A stretch of DNA of 64,000 nt from Eledone cirrhosa (Eukaryota). Below, in pieces: positions 28,478 through 40,165 of this stretch. The stretch covers positions 48,608,001 to 48,672,000 of the forward strand of contig OZ024750.1 of the NCBI GenBank assembly GCA_964016885.1, written 5' to 3'. The translations under genes were made by a program, and so were the position numbers. Under the pieces are notes generated by a model. That model was not told the DNA's origin, did no database searches, and was given only the letters and a program-made list of their open reading frames with translations. Each line of letters opens with the position of its first letter. Positions within the stretch are counted from its first letter, which is position 1.

Positions 28478-29737
28478 ATGATAAAGGAAATTGACTCTGA
28501 GGAAGGATACAAGTATTTGGGCGTTCTGGAGGCTGATGGCATAAAGAACAAACAAATGAAGGAATTGTTAAGAACTGAATACATTCGGAGAGTAAGGAGC
28601 GTATTGAAGTCACATCTGAACAGCAGAAATGCCATAAGCGCAGTAAATTCCCGAGCTGTGTCTATTATTAGGTACAGTGCGGGACTTCTGAGATGGAATG
28701 TTGCTGAACAAAAAGAAATGGATAGGAAGACTAGGAAGCTATTGACTATCTACAACATGTTCCACAAGAGGAGTGATGTCGATAGACTCTACCTAAGGAG
28801 ATCTGAGGGTGGAAGAGGTCTTATCAGCATAGAGGACTGTGTTCAGATGGAGAAAAACAACCTATACAAATACGTGACCTATAGTAAGGAGCCAATGCTC
28901 AGAACTGTACTGAAGGAGGGGACAGTAGGCCAGGGGATGTCCAAGGAGGAAATAACATCAAGGAGGAAGAGCAGCCTTAAGGGAATATCCCTTCATAGTA
29001 CCTTCTTTGAGAAAACTGAATTTAGAGATCCACAGACATGGAACTGGTTGAGAAGAGGAGACCTCAAAAAGGCTACAGAAGGAATGCTAATGGCTGCGCA
29101 GGAGCAGGCCCTCAAAACGAAGTGGTTGAAGCACCATATTTACAAGGAGGAGGCTAGCCCACTGTGCAGGATCTGTGGAGAGAGAGAGGAGACTGTGGCT
29201 CACATTGTGTCCGAGTGTAAACACCTAGCCCAGACCCACTATAAGGGCTGGAGACACGATGTGATGGGCAGGGTGATCCACTGGCACCTGTGCAAAGTAA
29301 ACAATTTACCACATTCTGAGAAATGGTATGAGCATAGGCCAGAGGCGGTGATGGAGAACAATCAGGTGAAGGTGCTGTGGGATTTTAGGATACAGACGGA
29401 CAAAAAACTGGAACACGATAGACCTGACCTGGTGGTTGTGGACAAAGAAAAAAGATCGTGTCTGATTGTGGATGTGGCCTGCCCGTTCGACACGAGAGTG
29501 CAAGAGAAGGTGAGGAAGAAAATTAACCGATACCAGGACCTAAAGTGGGAGGTGAAAAGGATTTGGAACTGCCATGAAGTCAAAGTGATCCCGATTGTCA
29601 TAGGCGCACTGGGGACTATCTCCAAAAGTTTCCAGGGATGGTTAAAGAAAATCGGCCCCTTCACGCTTTTTGGAACGCTTCAAAAGGCATGCTTGCTTGG
29701 AACAGCAAGAACCCTCCGATACGTCCTGAATATCTGA
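28478..29737 (+). CDS. C-terminal part of Dong-like ORF: RT thumb, CCHC finger, restriction-like endonuclease
   Basis: YKYLG, GGRGL, CRICGEREETVAHIVSEC, RHD, RPDLVV, DVACP, K..RYQDL, PIVIGALG; same frame as 27833..28447. Confidence 0.85.
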   Translation: MIKEIDSEEGYKYLGVLEADGIKNKQMKELLRTEYIRRVRSVLKSHLNSRNAISAVNSRAVSIIRYSAGLLRWNVAEQKEMDRKTRKLLTIYNMFHKRSDVDRLYLRRSEGGRGLISIEDCVQMEKNNLYKYVTYSKEPMLRTVLKEGTVGQGMSKEEITSRRKSSLKGISLHSTFFEKTEFRDPQTWNWLRRGDLKKATEGMLMAAQEQALKTKWLKHHIYKEEASPLCRICGEREETVAHIVSECKHLAQTHYKGWRHDVMGRVIHWHLCKVNNLPHSEKWYEHRPEAVMENNQVKVLWDFRIQTDKKLEHDRPDLVVVDKEKRSCLIVDVACPFDTRVQEKVRKKINRYQDLKWEVKRIWNCHEVKVIPIVIGALGTISKSFQGWLKKIGPFTLFGTLQKACLLGTARTLRYVLNI

Positions 29738-29820
29738 GGCTGCAGGTAGTGGCTTGATATTCAATCCAACGGACTTTCCAGTTAACCAACATCAATGACT
29801 GAGATTCAAGGAATAACAAC

Positions 29821-29859
<39 letters not shown>

Positions 29860-29860
<1 letters not shown>

Positions 29861-30012
29861 CGTTCATTATTAACCACAAGGGTTTACATAAAGTAGACAT
29901 TAAGGACAGTACATGACAATACAGGACGGTACAAATGGGCATTTCTGCGTGTAAAAAACAAAAACAGAGGATGTAACAAAAAATAAACAATGAAAAATTC
30001 CCCAATAAGGGG
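29860..30012 (-). mobile_element. Isolated 3' end of the Tx1-like LINE
   Basis: Closely similar to 35176-35320. Confidence 0.8.
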
Positions 30013-30839
30013 GTGACTATAATGATAAGTGAAGTATACGGACGTGGTGGATAGAATGTTATGGAATCGCTCCCGTAAGTTTTTATTTTTTACATATTTA
30101 TAACAATTGTGATAAAATATTTCTTATCTGTTAGACACGCAGTGACTAACAACAGAATGTTTTAAGTCTGCGTGTTCTGACATATATCCGTATCTTGTGA
30201 ATAAAATATTCAAGGGGTTTCGCTGGCCGTGGTGATACCTCCCTAAAATGTTGTGTAATGTGTCGTCGTATTGGCTAATTTCATCGTCTTATTGGCTAAT
30301 CAACCAATGAGAGTAATTGTTGCTCAAAAGCATCCGGCACTTTGTTTGCACCTTTATTTATCGTTTCCTTTCGAATCTTCCTCCTGTATTTCATCTTTTA
30401 TCGTCAATATCTTTTTTCTCGTTTTTGGTAAGTTATATTGTTAATTTATATATGGTTTTTTAAATTTATATTAACTCTTTTTTTCAGTTCGTTATAACAT
30501 GCTTATAATATTGGTTGTATCATATTTACTTGTATATTTGTCCATATTATTGCTCTTTTTATGTTAGATTATTGTATTATTATTATGTTAGATTATTTTT
30601 TCATTATTATGTTAGACTATTTGTATGTAATATTTAATTTTGATTAATTCAACTATAACAATTATTATGTAAAATATATATATTTAATATTGATTGTTTT
30701 TTGTAGTTGTTTATATTAAAAGTCTGAAAATATTGTTATACATCTTATAATAATATTTATAAGATCATTTATGAAATAACAATTATATAATCTAATTACA
30801 TTTCAACGATAATTTATTATTAATATATATCATGATTAA

Positions 30840-31029
30840 GGGCGGTGGATTGGCAGTATCGGTAGAGGGTGGGACGCCATGCTTTGACGCACAGAGTTAC
30901 GGCCCTCGCCATTCTGAGTTCAAATCCCGCCGAGGTTAAATCTTGCCTTTTATCCTTACGGGGTCGATAAAATAAAGTACTGGTAATACACTGGGTAATT
31001 GCTGACCTTGTGCCAAAAGTAGAAACAAT
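30840..31029 (+). mobile_element. tRNA-derived SINE, full length
   Basis: Same family as 13706-14593. Confidence 0.85.
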
Positions 31030-31081
31030 GTATATCATGTTTAACTAGAGTTATTACAAGCGTTCCCTTAAAAACATATTA

Positions 31082-31529
31082 AACTAGACCTGAAAAATGC
31101 GCAAGCTCAAAAGAGCCACAGCGTGTTATAATAAACCTTCAAAAGTGTGGGACTAGAGTTTTGTGCTCAAAAATATTGTAATCATTATCTATCGTACACT
31201 CTATGGCATCGTTTTACAAAAGAGACTCATAACGAACTCAAGACGACACGATGATTATTTAAGTTAATTTATAATATAGAATTCAGTTTAAGTGCATTTC
31301 ATATTAATCATTACTAAATATCTAATATGAGATATTGAATATTAGCTTAAATAATTATCGTGTCGCCTTGAGTTCGTTATGGGTCTCTTTTTTATAAAAG
31401 GATGACACATAGTGTACGATAGATAATGATTACAATATTTTAGAGCAACAACTCTAGTCCCACCCTTTTGAAGGCTTATTATAACATTATGCGGCTGTTT
31501 TTGAGCTTGCGGATTTTTCCGGTCTAGTT
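31082..31529. mobile_element. MITE-like element with ~185 bp terminal inverted repeats
   Basis: Termini aactagacc...ggtctagtt; arms 31082-31268 and 31340-31529; AT-rich spacer. Confidence 0.8.
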
Positions 31530-32048
31530 ACTCATGGGACATAAGACTTCACTCTCAGGAAGTGACAACACATAACATTATGGCATATAGCTCCAATATT
31601 TAATATTTAATTTTGTCTCAGAAATGTTATAGCCGAAAAAGAAAATGGTTACAAATGGTCACAAATGGAAGAAAACAACAGCCAAATAATTTCACCCCCA
31701 ACACCAACACCGCCGCCGCCAGCACCACCACTACCAAACATGATTTAGCTAGATACAAACCAACAGCAGCAACAGCACCATTACTACAGTACTACTATCC
31801 CATCACCACCGTCACCACTGCAGTATCGCTACCACCACTATTTCCTCACTACCGCCGGTTAAGTGAGGGAAGGTAGTTGTGCCACTACACATGACTAGAA
31901 GCGAGGACGTCACCAAAATATATAAATAGACTGGTGTAGTGACCCGGTCAAACAGCTAACAACAACACGATACTAATTATTATTTTTGTTTCTCTAATCT
32001 CTCTCAAGTTTACACGATGTCAAATGTAAACTATAATATAAAAATAAT

Positions 32049-32582
32049 AATTGTTTCTACTTTTGGCACAAGAACAGCAATTAACCAGTGCATTACTGCT
32101 ACTTTATATTATCGACCCCGTAAGGATGAAAGGCAGCACAGTTAAACTCGGCGGGATTTGAACTCAGAATGGCAAATAATAATATAATAATAATAATTGT
32201 TTCTACTTTAGGAACAAGGCCAGCAATTACCCAGTGCGTTACTGGTACTTTATTTTATCGACCCCGTAAGGATGAAAGGCAAAGTCAACCTAGGCGGGAT
32301 TTGAACTCAGATCGTAAAGGGACGTAACTATGCTTGAAAGCATGGCGTCCGACCCTCTACCGATAATGCCAATCCACCGCCCTAATAATATAATAATAAT
32401 AATTGTTTCTACTTTAGGCACAAGGCCAGCAATTACCCAGTGCATTACTGGTACTTTATTTTATCGACCCCGTAAGGATGAAAGACAAAGTCAACCTCGG
32501 CGGGATTTGAACTCAGATCGTAAAGGGACGTAACTATGCTGGAAAGCATGGCGTCCGACCCTCTACCCATACTGCCAATCCA
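32049..32582 (-). mobile_element. Three tandem SINE copies separated by (AAT)n
   Basis: Same SINE family, minus orientation. Confidence 0.85.
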
Positions 32583-32879
32583 ATATAATAATAATAATGA
32601 TAAGGAACAAGTCGAACAATTACAGAACAGAACACAGTCAAAAACAAACGCAACAACAAAGGAAAAACAAATTTCAAAAGTTTTGAACGCAACAACACCG
32701 ACATTCCTCAAAGCTAAAATCAAAAACAGCAGCAGCAACAACAACACTAGTAACCGATGTTACTGGCCTTGAAAAACAGAAAGGAAAAAAACAAACCAAA
32801 ATACTAATTCAGACATTCAAACATTACAATGAAACTCATGTTTATTTTTTAAAGTTTTTATCTATTTATTTGTTTAAAA

Positions 32880-35130
32880 ATGTATGTTCGTCTACCGCGT
32901 GATGGTGCCACGCTAAAATCACTGGTGGTGATGAAATCACCGGTGGTTATGTAACCATACATTCCCCAATATTCGATATGAGTGTTTAAATGTCGAACCT
33001 AAACAGTTCAAATAACGGTGAAGAGGAGACTGGAACGTCATGTGAAAGACTCTCACCCAGCAAGTGCTCCCTGGCCCAGCAGCAGGGACCTGGCTGTCAT
33101 CCAAATATTATTGGTGATGGAGGAAGAAGAAGAAGGAAAGGGACAAGAACCAACAGGACGAAAGAAATGAATAGAGCTGTTATGCAATGTGACCTGAAGA
33201 GTAACCCCAAGGAGAAAGGCTATAGGAAGCGGATGCATAACATCTGGAACGAGATTGGTCTATTTAAGTTAGATGAACAAAAATTGGCCGGGCAGGCTCG
33301 GGTAATAATAACTAATGGATGGATAAGCGAGTTGGAACTGGAGGAACTGAGCAGAGAGATTAGGTTGGAAATGGAGAGTGGAATATGTCAGGCAAACGAG
33401 CCAGTGGGAAATGAAGGTGAAGTGGTTGAGAGAACGGAGGAAGCATCCGAAGCAGACAATGGTATGAATGCTGAAATAAATAACATCTGCAACAATGATA
33501 CGGCCATGGAGGAAATGAATGATGACGGGCTAGGACAAGATTTGATTGATATCCTGAACTTAGTGGTGTATGAAATGAACAATAATAGTGGAAAACCTAT
33601 GAACCTAACTTTTGTAGACAGGAAAAACGTTAAAAGAAACAACAGGTAAGGTAAACAACGTCATCCCATACTTTAAGGCGAGGAACCTGCACCAGTGCAA
33701 CAATTTCCTCAAAGCAACAGCAAATGCGGTGAGAAAATTACTTGGCATAAAAACGAGAGTGGAGTCATAGTGACGAAAAGGGGTAAATTGAGCAGAAGCA
33801 ACGGAATCCAGGTACCAACAGGTGAGATGATAAGGGAATTGACACTGAAGAAGGATACACATATTTAGGTATTCTGGAGGCAGATGACATCAGGAACAAA
33901 AAAAAATGAAGGAATTGATAGGATCTGAGTACATTAGGAGAGTAAGGAGAGTATTAAACTCACATCTAAACAGTAGGAATGTCATAAGTGCAGTGAATTC
34001 CCGAGCTGTGTCTATTATTAGGTACAGTGCGGAATTATGAAATGGAATGTTGCTGAACAAAAAGAAATGGATAAGAAGACTAACTACAACATGTTCCACA
34101 AGAGGTGTGATGTCGATAGACTCTACTTAAAGAGGTATGAAGGTTGAAGAGGTCTTATCAGCATAGAGTACTTTGTTCAGGTGGAGAAAAACAACCTGCA
34201 AAAATACGTGACTGACAGTAAGGAGCCAATGCTCAAAATTGTACCGAAGGAGAAGACAATTGACCAGGGGATGTCCAAGGAGGAAATAACAAGGAGGAAG
34301 AGCAACTTTCATGAAATATCCCTTCATAGTACCTTATTTAAGAAAACTGAATTTATATATTCACAGACATGGAACTGATTAAAAAGAGGAGACCTTAAAA
34401 AGGCTACAGAAGGAATGCTAATGGCTGCGCAAGAGCAGCCCATCAGAACGAAGTGGGTGAAACACCATATTTGCAAGGAAGAGGTTAGCCCACTGTGTAG
34501 GATCTGTTGAGAGAGAGGAGACGGTGGCTCACATTGTATCCGAGTGTAAACAGCTAGCTCAGACTCACTATAAAGGCTGGAGACATGATGTGATAGGCAT
34601 GGTGATCCACTGGCATCTATGCAAAGTGAACAATTTACCGCATTCCGAGAAGTGGTATGAGCATAAGCGAGAGTCGTTGATAGAAAACGATCAGGTGAAG
34701 GTGCTATGGGCTTTTAAGATACAGACGGACAAGAAATTAGAACATAATGGGCCTGACCTGGTGGGTTGGAACAAGGAAAAAAGATATTGGCTGATTCTAG
34801 ATGTAGCCTGCCCATTTGACACGAGAGTGCAAGAAAAGGAGAGGGAGAAAATCAACCGATACGAGGACTTAAAGTGCGAGGTAAAAATGATTTGGAACTG
34901 CCATGAAGTTGTCCCGATTGTCATAGGCGAACTAGGTACTATCTCAAATAGTTTCCAAGGATGGTTAATGAAGATTAGTCCAGCCCCGTTTTTGGAACAC
35001 TTCAAAAGCCATGCTTACTGGGAACAGCAAGAACCCTCCGATACGTCCTGAATATCTGAGGCTGCAGGTAGCGGCTTGATATTCATTTCAAAAAACTTTC
35101 CAGTTAAATAACATCAATGAGTGAGACTCA
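32880..35130 (+). mobile_element. Second Dong-like copy: 5' UTR and N-terminus present, RT core internally deleted
   Basis: ORF 32990..33649 is the N-terminus; sequence from ~33760 is homologous to 28410-29811; (AAT)n follows at 35131-35175. Confidence 0.85.
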
Positions 35131-35176
<46 letters not shown>

Positions 35177-35723
35177 GTTTCTTTATTAATCACAAGGGTT
35201 TACATAAAGTAGACATTAAGGGCAGTACAGGACAATACAGGACGGTACAAATGGGCATTTATGCGTGTAAAAAACAGAGGATGAAATAAAATAACAAAGA
35301 AAAATTCCCCAATAGGGGGGAGACTTCCGAGGGACATTTGTGGAGAAAGCCCATTAAAAGACCACAGTGACCCTGACCACCAGGGCAAGTGCTCTCTCCC
35401 TTAATTTACAGACACATACTCAGAGAAGGCCCATTCATTCGGGCCATACTTGCTTCTCTCACCCATCTTTCAACAAAATGCTGGGAAGAGAGCACTTCCC
35501 TGTCTACCCTGATTTTCCTTTTCAAATGAAATTTGAAAAAGTTAATCAGGGCATCGCCGAAGAGGTAAGTGCTCGTCTTCAGCCCTTTCAAACGTGTCCA
35601 CCATACTATCTCTTTCGCCATGGCCACCAGACAGATAAAAACTGCCTGCCCTTCCCGGCTAAAGGAAGGTGGCGGGGCAATCCTCACGATGGACTCAGCT
35701 GATAGCTGGATCCATCCTACACG

Positions 35724-37832
35724 TTACAGCAGGTGTTCGATATAAACCCACAAGTTAGTAATGCTCGGACAGTGGACGAGTGCGTGCAGGACGGTTTCGT
35801 CGCCCTGCGCGCATCTCGGACATGCCCGGCTGACGGCACCTCCATGCCTGTAGAGTTTATCCCGAACTGGCAAAGCTCCCCGGTAGCACTGCCAGGCCAG
35901 GGATTTCTGGAAGTTGTCCATAGGCCCCGGCCCGAAAGTCCTTCCGAAGAGATTGGCTAGTTGATTTTCGTCGACGCCTAGAGTTTCTCCAAGTACGTCG
36001 TCACTCTTCCCCTCCACTGATCCCCTATAGAACGCCAAGGTGGAGTTTCCGCCGATCACATTGCCCGATTGGTCGAGGGCTGTGAGCGCCTGAAGACATT
36101 CCAGTCTCCAAGCGCTCCCTTTCGGTCTTCGCTTGACCCAGGACTGCAGCTCCGTCAAGGAGACGAGCTGGGGAAAAACGTGTCTAGCAAACGGCGACCA
36201 CACCTGATCACCGTTGAGGAAGAGGTGGAGATGTCGCAGCCTGAGCGCGTGTCTGCGCATCATCAGCCACGGCATGCCCAGCCCTCCACGTAGCGGGTGT
36301 TGACAGCAGATGGACCGCCTGACCATCGGAGCGCGTCCCTTCCACAAGAAGCGAAAGAGCAAACGCTCCAGCGCAGTCAGGCGGGGCTTAGGACAAGGTA
36401 CGACGGTCAGGCGGTAGTAGATGACGGATGCGATGTACGTATTCGCCACCTCCGCTCGTCTTTTCAGGGATAGCTTCCTTTCGGCCCATTTCTGGGTGAG
36501 AGAAGCCACTCTGCTCGTCACCTCGTCCCAGTTTTTGTCCGTCTGGAGGTCTGGACCGAACCAGACACCTAGCAATTTAACCGGTCCGTCCGTCCAGCGC
36601 CCGACGACGCTGTTGGACGGCATGGACCTGCCTCTCCAGGTGCCGAGATGCAGGCCCACTGACTTTTCCTGGTTGATCATTGCTCCTGTGACCGCTTCGT
36701 ATTCTCTTAGTGTAGTGTCGATTGCCTCGATGTGTTTGGCGTTCGACACCACTACAGTGACATCGTCGGCATATGCTGACACGGATCTCCAGCATCCTAG
36801 TTCTCGCGGGACCCCCCTCAACGTCTCCAGTTTGTGCAGTAATGGCTCGAGAGTCAATACGTACAATAAGGACAAGAGGGGACATCCTTGGCTGACCGAG
36901 CGCATGATGTTGAACGGTTCCGAAAGGTGACCGTTCACTCTCACTACAGAGCAGATGTCGCTGTGCATGGCAGCTATCCAGCCTCTGAAGACGGGCCCAA
37001 AGCCAACCGCCCTCAGGACTGCCGCTAGGTAACGATGGTCGACCCTATCGAAGGCTTTCGACTGATCTAAATTGATCAAAGACCCACCCGTGCCAGGTTC
37101 CCTAGCTACCCTCTCTACGATGTATCGCATGAGGTGGAGGTTGTCGTGGATGGATCTGTCGGGAATGGCGCATGTCTGTGCCTCTCCCACCAGACCACCA
37201 ACGTAAGCTCCAACCTCTTTGCTAGCACCTTGGCCAAAATCTTGAACTCTGTGTTTAGCAGTTATCGGCCTAAAATTATCTATGTTATCCGCCTTGTTCG
37301 GATCCTTTCTCAGCAGCGCCACCGCTCCTCGGCTCACTGAGCTGGGAATTCTCCCGTTCTGTTGCCAGTTACAGTAGACGTCCGCCAAGAGGCCTCCGAA
37401 CAAGTCTGGCATTTGTACGTAAAGTTCATAGAGCAGACCATCCAAACCAGGCGATTTACCCCTTGTGCAGCCAGTCATTGCCTCCCGTACTTCAGCGGTT
37501 GTTATCGGCTTTTCGCAACACTCCGCCTCAGTGGCCGAAAGCCGCGGCAGTCCGTCGAGGTAGACACTAAAGTCCATCCCTCGATCCGGCCCGCCACTGC
37601 CCCCGAACAGTTGAGCGAAGTGTCGCTGAAAAGCTTCACACATTTGCCCGGGATCGAGAAGCATGCGCCCGTCGTGGTCCACCAAAGACCGGATCGTGGC
37701 TTTATTGCCACGACGCGCCTCCGCCACTCGGGCCCATTGAACGGCTTTCGTCCCCTCGTGTCTGAGAGAACGCACCCTAGCTCTGACAACGCAGCCTTCG
37801 TGCTTTGCATTGAATAATTGGTCATGGGCCAA
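35724..37832 (-). CDS. Tx1/L1 ORF2 reverse transcriptase region (partial)
   Basis: KSPGLDGL, NFRPIT, LDQSKAFDRVDH, QGCPL, AYADDV, GGLGMP, CPRC..DETVLHALVHC. Confidence 0.9.
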   Translation of the reverse strand: MAHDQLFNAKHEGCVVRARVRSLRHEGTKAVQWARVAEARRGNKATIRSLVDHDGRMLLDPGQMCEAFQRHFAQLFGGSGGPDRGMDFSVYLDGLPRLSATEAECCEKPITTAEVREAMTGCTRGKSPGLDGLLYELYVQMPDLFGGLLADVYCNWQQNGRIPSSVSRGAVALLRKDPNKADNIDNFRPITAKHRVQDFGQGASKEVGAYVGGLVGEAQTCAIPDRSIHDNLHLMRYIVERVAREPGTGGSLINLDQSKAFDRVDHRYLAAVLRAVGFGPVFRGWIAAMHSDICSVVRVNGHLSEPFNIMRSVSQGCPLLSLLYVLTLEPLLHKLETLRGVPRELGCWRSVSAYADDVTVVVSNAKHIEAIDTTLREYEAVTGAMINQEKSVGLHLGTWRGRSMPSNSVVGRWTDGPVKLLGVWFGPDLQTDKNWDEVTSRVASLTQKWAERKLSLKRRAEVANTYIASVIYYRLTVVPCPKPRLTALERLLFRFLWKGRAPMVRRSICCQHPLRGGLGMPWLMMRRHALRLRHLHLFLNGDQVWSPFARHVFPQLVSLTELQSWVKRRPKGSAWRLECLQALTALDQSGNVIGGNSTLAFYRGSVEGKSDDVLGETLGVDENQLANLFGRTFGPGPMDNFQKSLAWQCYRGALPVRDKLYRHGGAVSRACPRCAQGDETVLHALVHCPSITNLWVYIEHLL

Positions 37833-39205
37833 TTTCGCCGCAAGTACGTCGGTCGCGATGCCTTTGCTAAGCGCCTCGTCTAATTTTCTAACTAATTCTC
37901 CCTCTGCTCTATTTTTCTCTATTGCTAAAGCCTTACTAAACCTAATGGACTCTATTCTAATTGCTCTTTTCAGAGCAAACCACCACTTGTTGTTGACGAT
38001 GGCCCCCGTCTAGCCCGCTTAACTAGTTCGCTAATCCGGTCTCTGTAGGCCTTGCGCGCTGGTAAGGACGCGTTTAGCTTCCAGTAGCCGGGTCCTCGTC
38101 TATGAAGCCTATCTAAGTCAAGCACACAGATTACGAATTTGTGGTCCGTGTAGCTGACTATCTTGAATTGTGGACAGCCTATGCTAGACTTATCTATTTC
38201 CCTACAAAATACTCTATCTAGGTATGATCTGGATGATCCTATGCGATTTTCCAAGTCCACATTGGTACATTCGGGAAATCCATTCGGTACCTGTCAGACA
38301 GTTCAAAACGTCTGAGCAGGTTGGTGAGACTATTGCACCCTCCTTCCCTATCCACTAATCCCACACAATCCCAGCGTGCATCTAAGATCCCGTTCCAGTC
38401 GCCCACTAACAATAAAGAGCGGGACGTTCCAAGAAAGGTCTCCAGACGCCGGAAGAAATCATGCCGCCCTGCTCCTTACGGGGCATAGACGGCCACTAAC
38501 CTGAAAGCTTGCCCGTCTCCGCTGGTCACGTCCAGATCGGTGCGAAGGCCCGTGCTTCGGAGATTCTGGTTTCGCTGATGGCCACTACATCTATGTTTAG
38601 TGACCTGAGGTCGTTGAGCAGGTGGCCCTGCTTCCATGACGACCCCAAGCCACGCGCATTTATGCTGCCTATTCTGAGTGAGGTCATGTTGAAAAGGAGT
38701 GGAAAAGATGGGAAAGACCACTTACCTTACTTCTCGTAGGGGAAGGACGGTTTTTCCATCCTTTTCACTGCTTGTGGCCTCCTCAGGAAGGATGTCCTTA
38801 TAAATCCTCCTGGAGAGTGTTGTCGGAAGTCTCCGATGTCTTTGGGGAATTTTTGTTTTAGTGTCATGTACGTTTTCTGTGTGATGCGAGTGATTTGTAT
38901 GTGTGGAGGTGGTGTGAATTTTAGGGTTGTTGTGTAGTCTTTTTCTGTGATGCTGGTGTTGTGTTGGATGTAGCGTAATAATTACTTGTTGTTCAAATTT
39001 AATGCTGTGTAGTGTGTATCGTTTTGGTTGTTTTGTTTTGTTTGCGTTTGTTGTGGGTTTGTTTCTGTTTCGCATTTTGGTGGCTTTTGTGGTGTAGGTG
39101 ATGGTGGTGTTGGGGTTAATGATGGTGATGGTGTTGGTGTTTGGGTTGATGGGGTTGGTGATGCTGGAGTCGATGGTGGCATATCTGTCCTAACTTTTTT
39201 GTTTC

Positions 39206-40165
39206 TTAATTTATTTGTTTCCCTCTGTATTTTGTTTTTGGAGGAGGAAGGAAGAGAATTTTTTCTTTTTTGGTTTCTTTTTTTTTTCCGGATTCCGTTT
39301 CCCACTCCACGTCGTCACAATCTGTCTCCAGTTGTGATAGGCCGGGGAGTGGAAAATCCTCCACAGGCGTTAGTTTTGGTTGTGGCGTGGTGGATGGTGT
39401 AGGCGCTGGTGCTAGTTCTGAAGCGTTGGGTGGTGGTGGTGTTGGTTTTGCTGGTGGTGGTGGTGTTGGTTTTGCTACTGTTGCTGGGGTTGTTGCTGTT
39501 ATAGTTGCCTCTGTTGTTGCTGCTACACTTGTTGCTGCCATCTCTGCTACTGGTGGTGTTGTTGGTTGTGTCACTGGGGTGGGTAGGAGCGGTGGCCTCA
39601 ACCTTTTAGCCTGAGGGCAGAAAGCCCTTAGGTGGGTTCCTTCCCCACAAACGACACACCTAGGTCTTCTGCCCTCGACAATTACGGTGAGGTGGCTGCC
39701 GTCAGTGAGGTCTATTACCTCTGGGATCTCCTCAATGCTTTTTTGGTCCGCTTGGATCAGGAGCTCCATCCCAGATCCGGACCAGTTTTCCTGCTTTTCT
39801 TTTGCTATTGCTATTATTTTTGTGTTGGCTTCGATGCCGGCGAGGACGGCCGCTATTAGCCAGGGAATTTCGATGGCCGGTGGAACGTGGGTCACCCTGA
39901 TCTTTACGAGTCTCTGGCCACAATAGCTTGGGACGAGTGTGAAGTCGTCACTTCTTAATGGGGCCATGGAGTGTTCTCTAGCTTCCTCTGGTGTTTCAAA
40001 GAACACGCCCACGGTTCCATACTTCTGCCCACGTCTGATGTGGGTTTTTATTGCCCACACATGTCCCAAAGCTTTTTGGATTTGGGACTCGGATGCCCGT
40101 TTCACTCGGCGCGATTTTTCATTTATAGTTCGATACGACACGGTGCATAGGCGCCGATGCTCCAT
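39206..40165 (-). CDS. Tx1/L1 ORF1 (gag-like, zinc knuckle); probably extends upstream to 40713
   Basis: GRRPRCVVCGEGTHLRAFCP (CX2CX4HX4C) followed by a Pro/Thr-rich tail. Confidence 0.8.
   Translation of the reverse strand: MEHRRLCTVSYRTINEKSRRVKRASESQIQKALGHVWAIKTHIRRGQKYGTVGVFFETPEEAREHSMAPLRSDDFTLVPSYCGQRLVKIRVTHVPPAIEIPWLIAAVLAGIEANTKIIAIAKEKQENWSGSGMELLIQADQKSIEEIPEVIDLTDGSHLTVIVEGRRPRCVVCGEGTHLRAFCPQAKRLRPPLLPTPVTQPTTPPVAEMAATSVAATTEATITATTPATVAKPTPPPPAKPTPPPPNASELAPAPTPSTTPQPKLTPVEDFPLPGLSQLETDCDDVEWETESGKKKETKKEKILFLPPPKTKYRGKQIN

Larger units (their letters stand above)
27831..29811 (+). mobile_element. 5'-truncated R4/Dong-like LINE inserted in (AAT)n
   Basis: RT plus RLE ORFs with (AAT)n on both sides. 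Confidence 0.9.

Noticed and set aside
30265-30312. Cluster of CCAAT/ATTGG boxes as a promoter
   Set aside because: Short motifs with no associated gene; insufficient support
30840-30935. tRNA gene
   Set aside because: The A/B boxes belong to the SINE head; there is no cloverleaf and SINE body sequence follows
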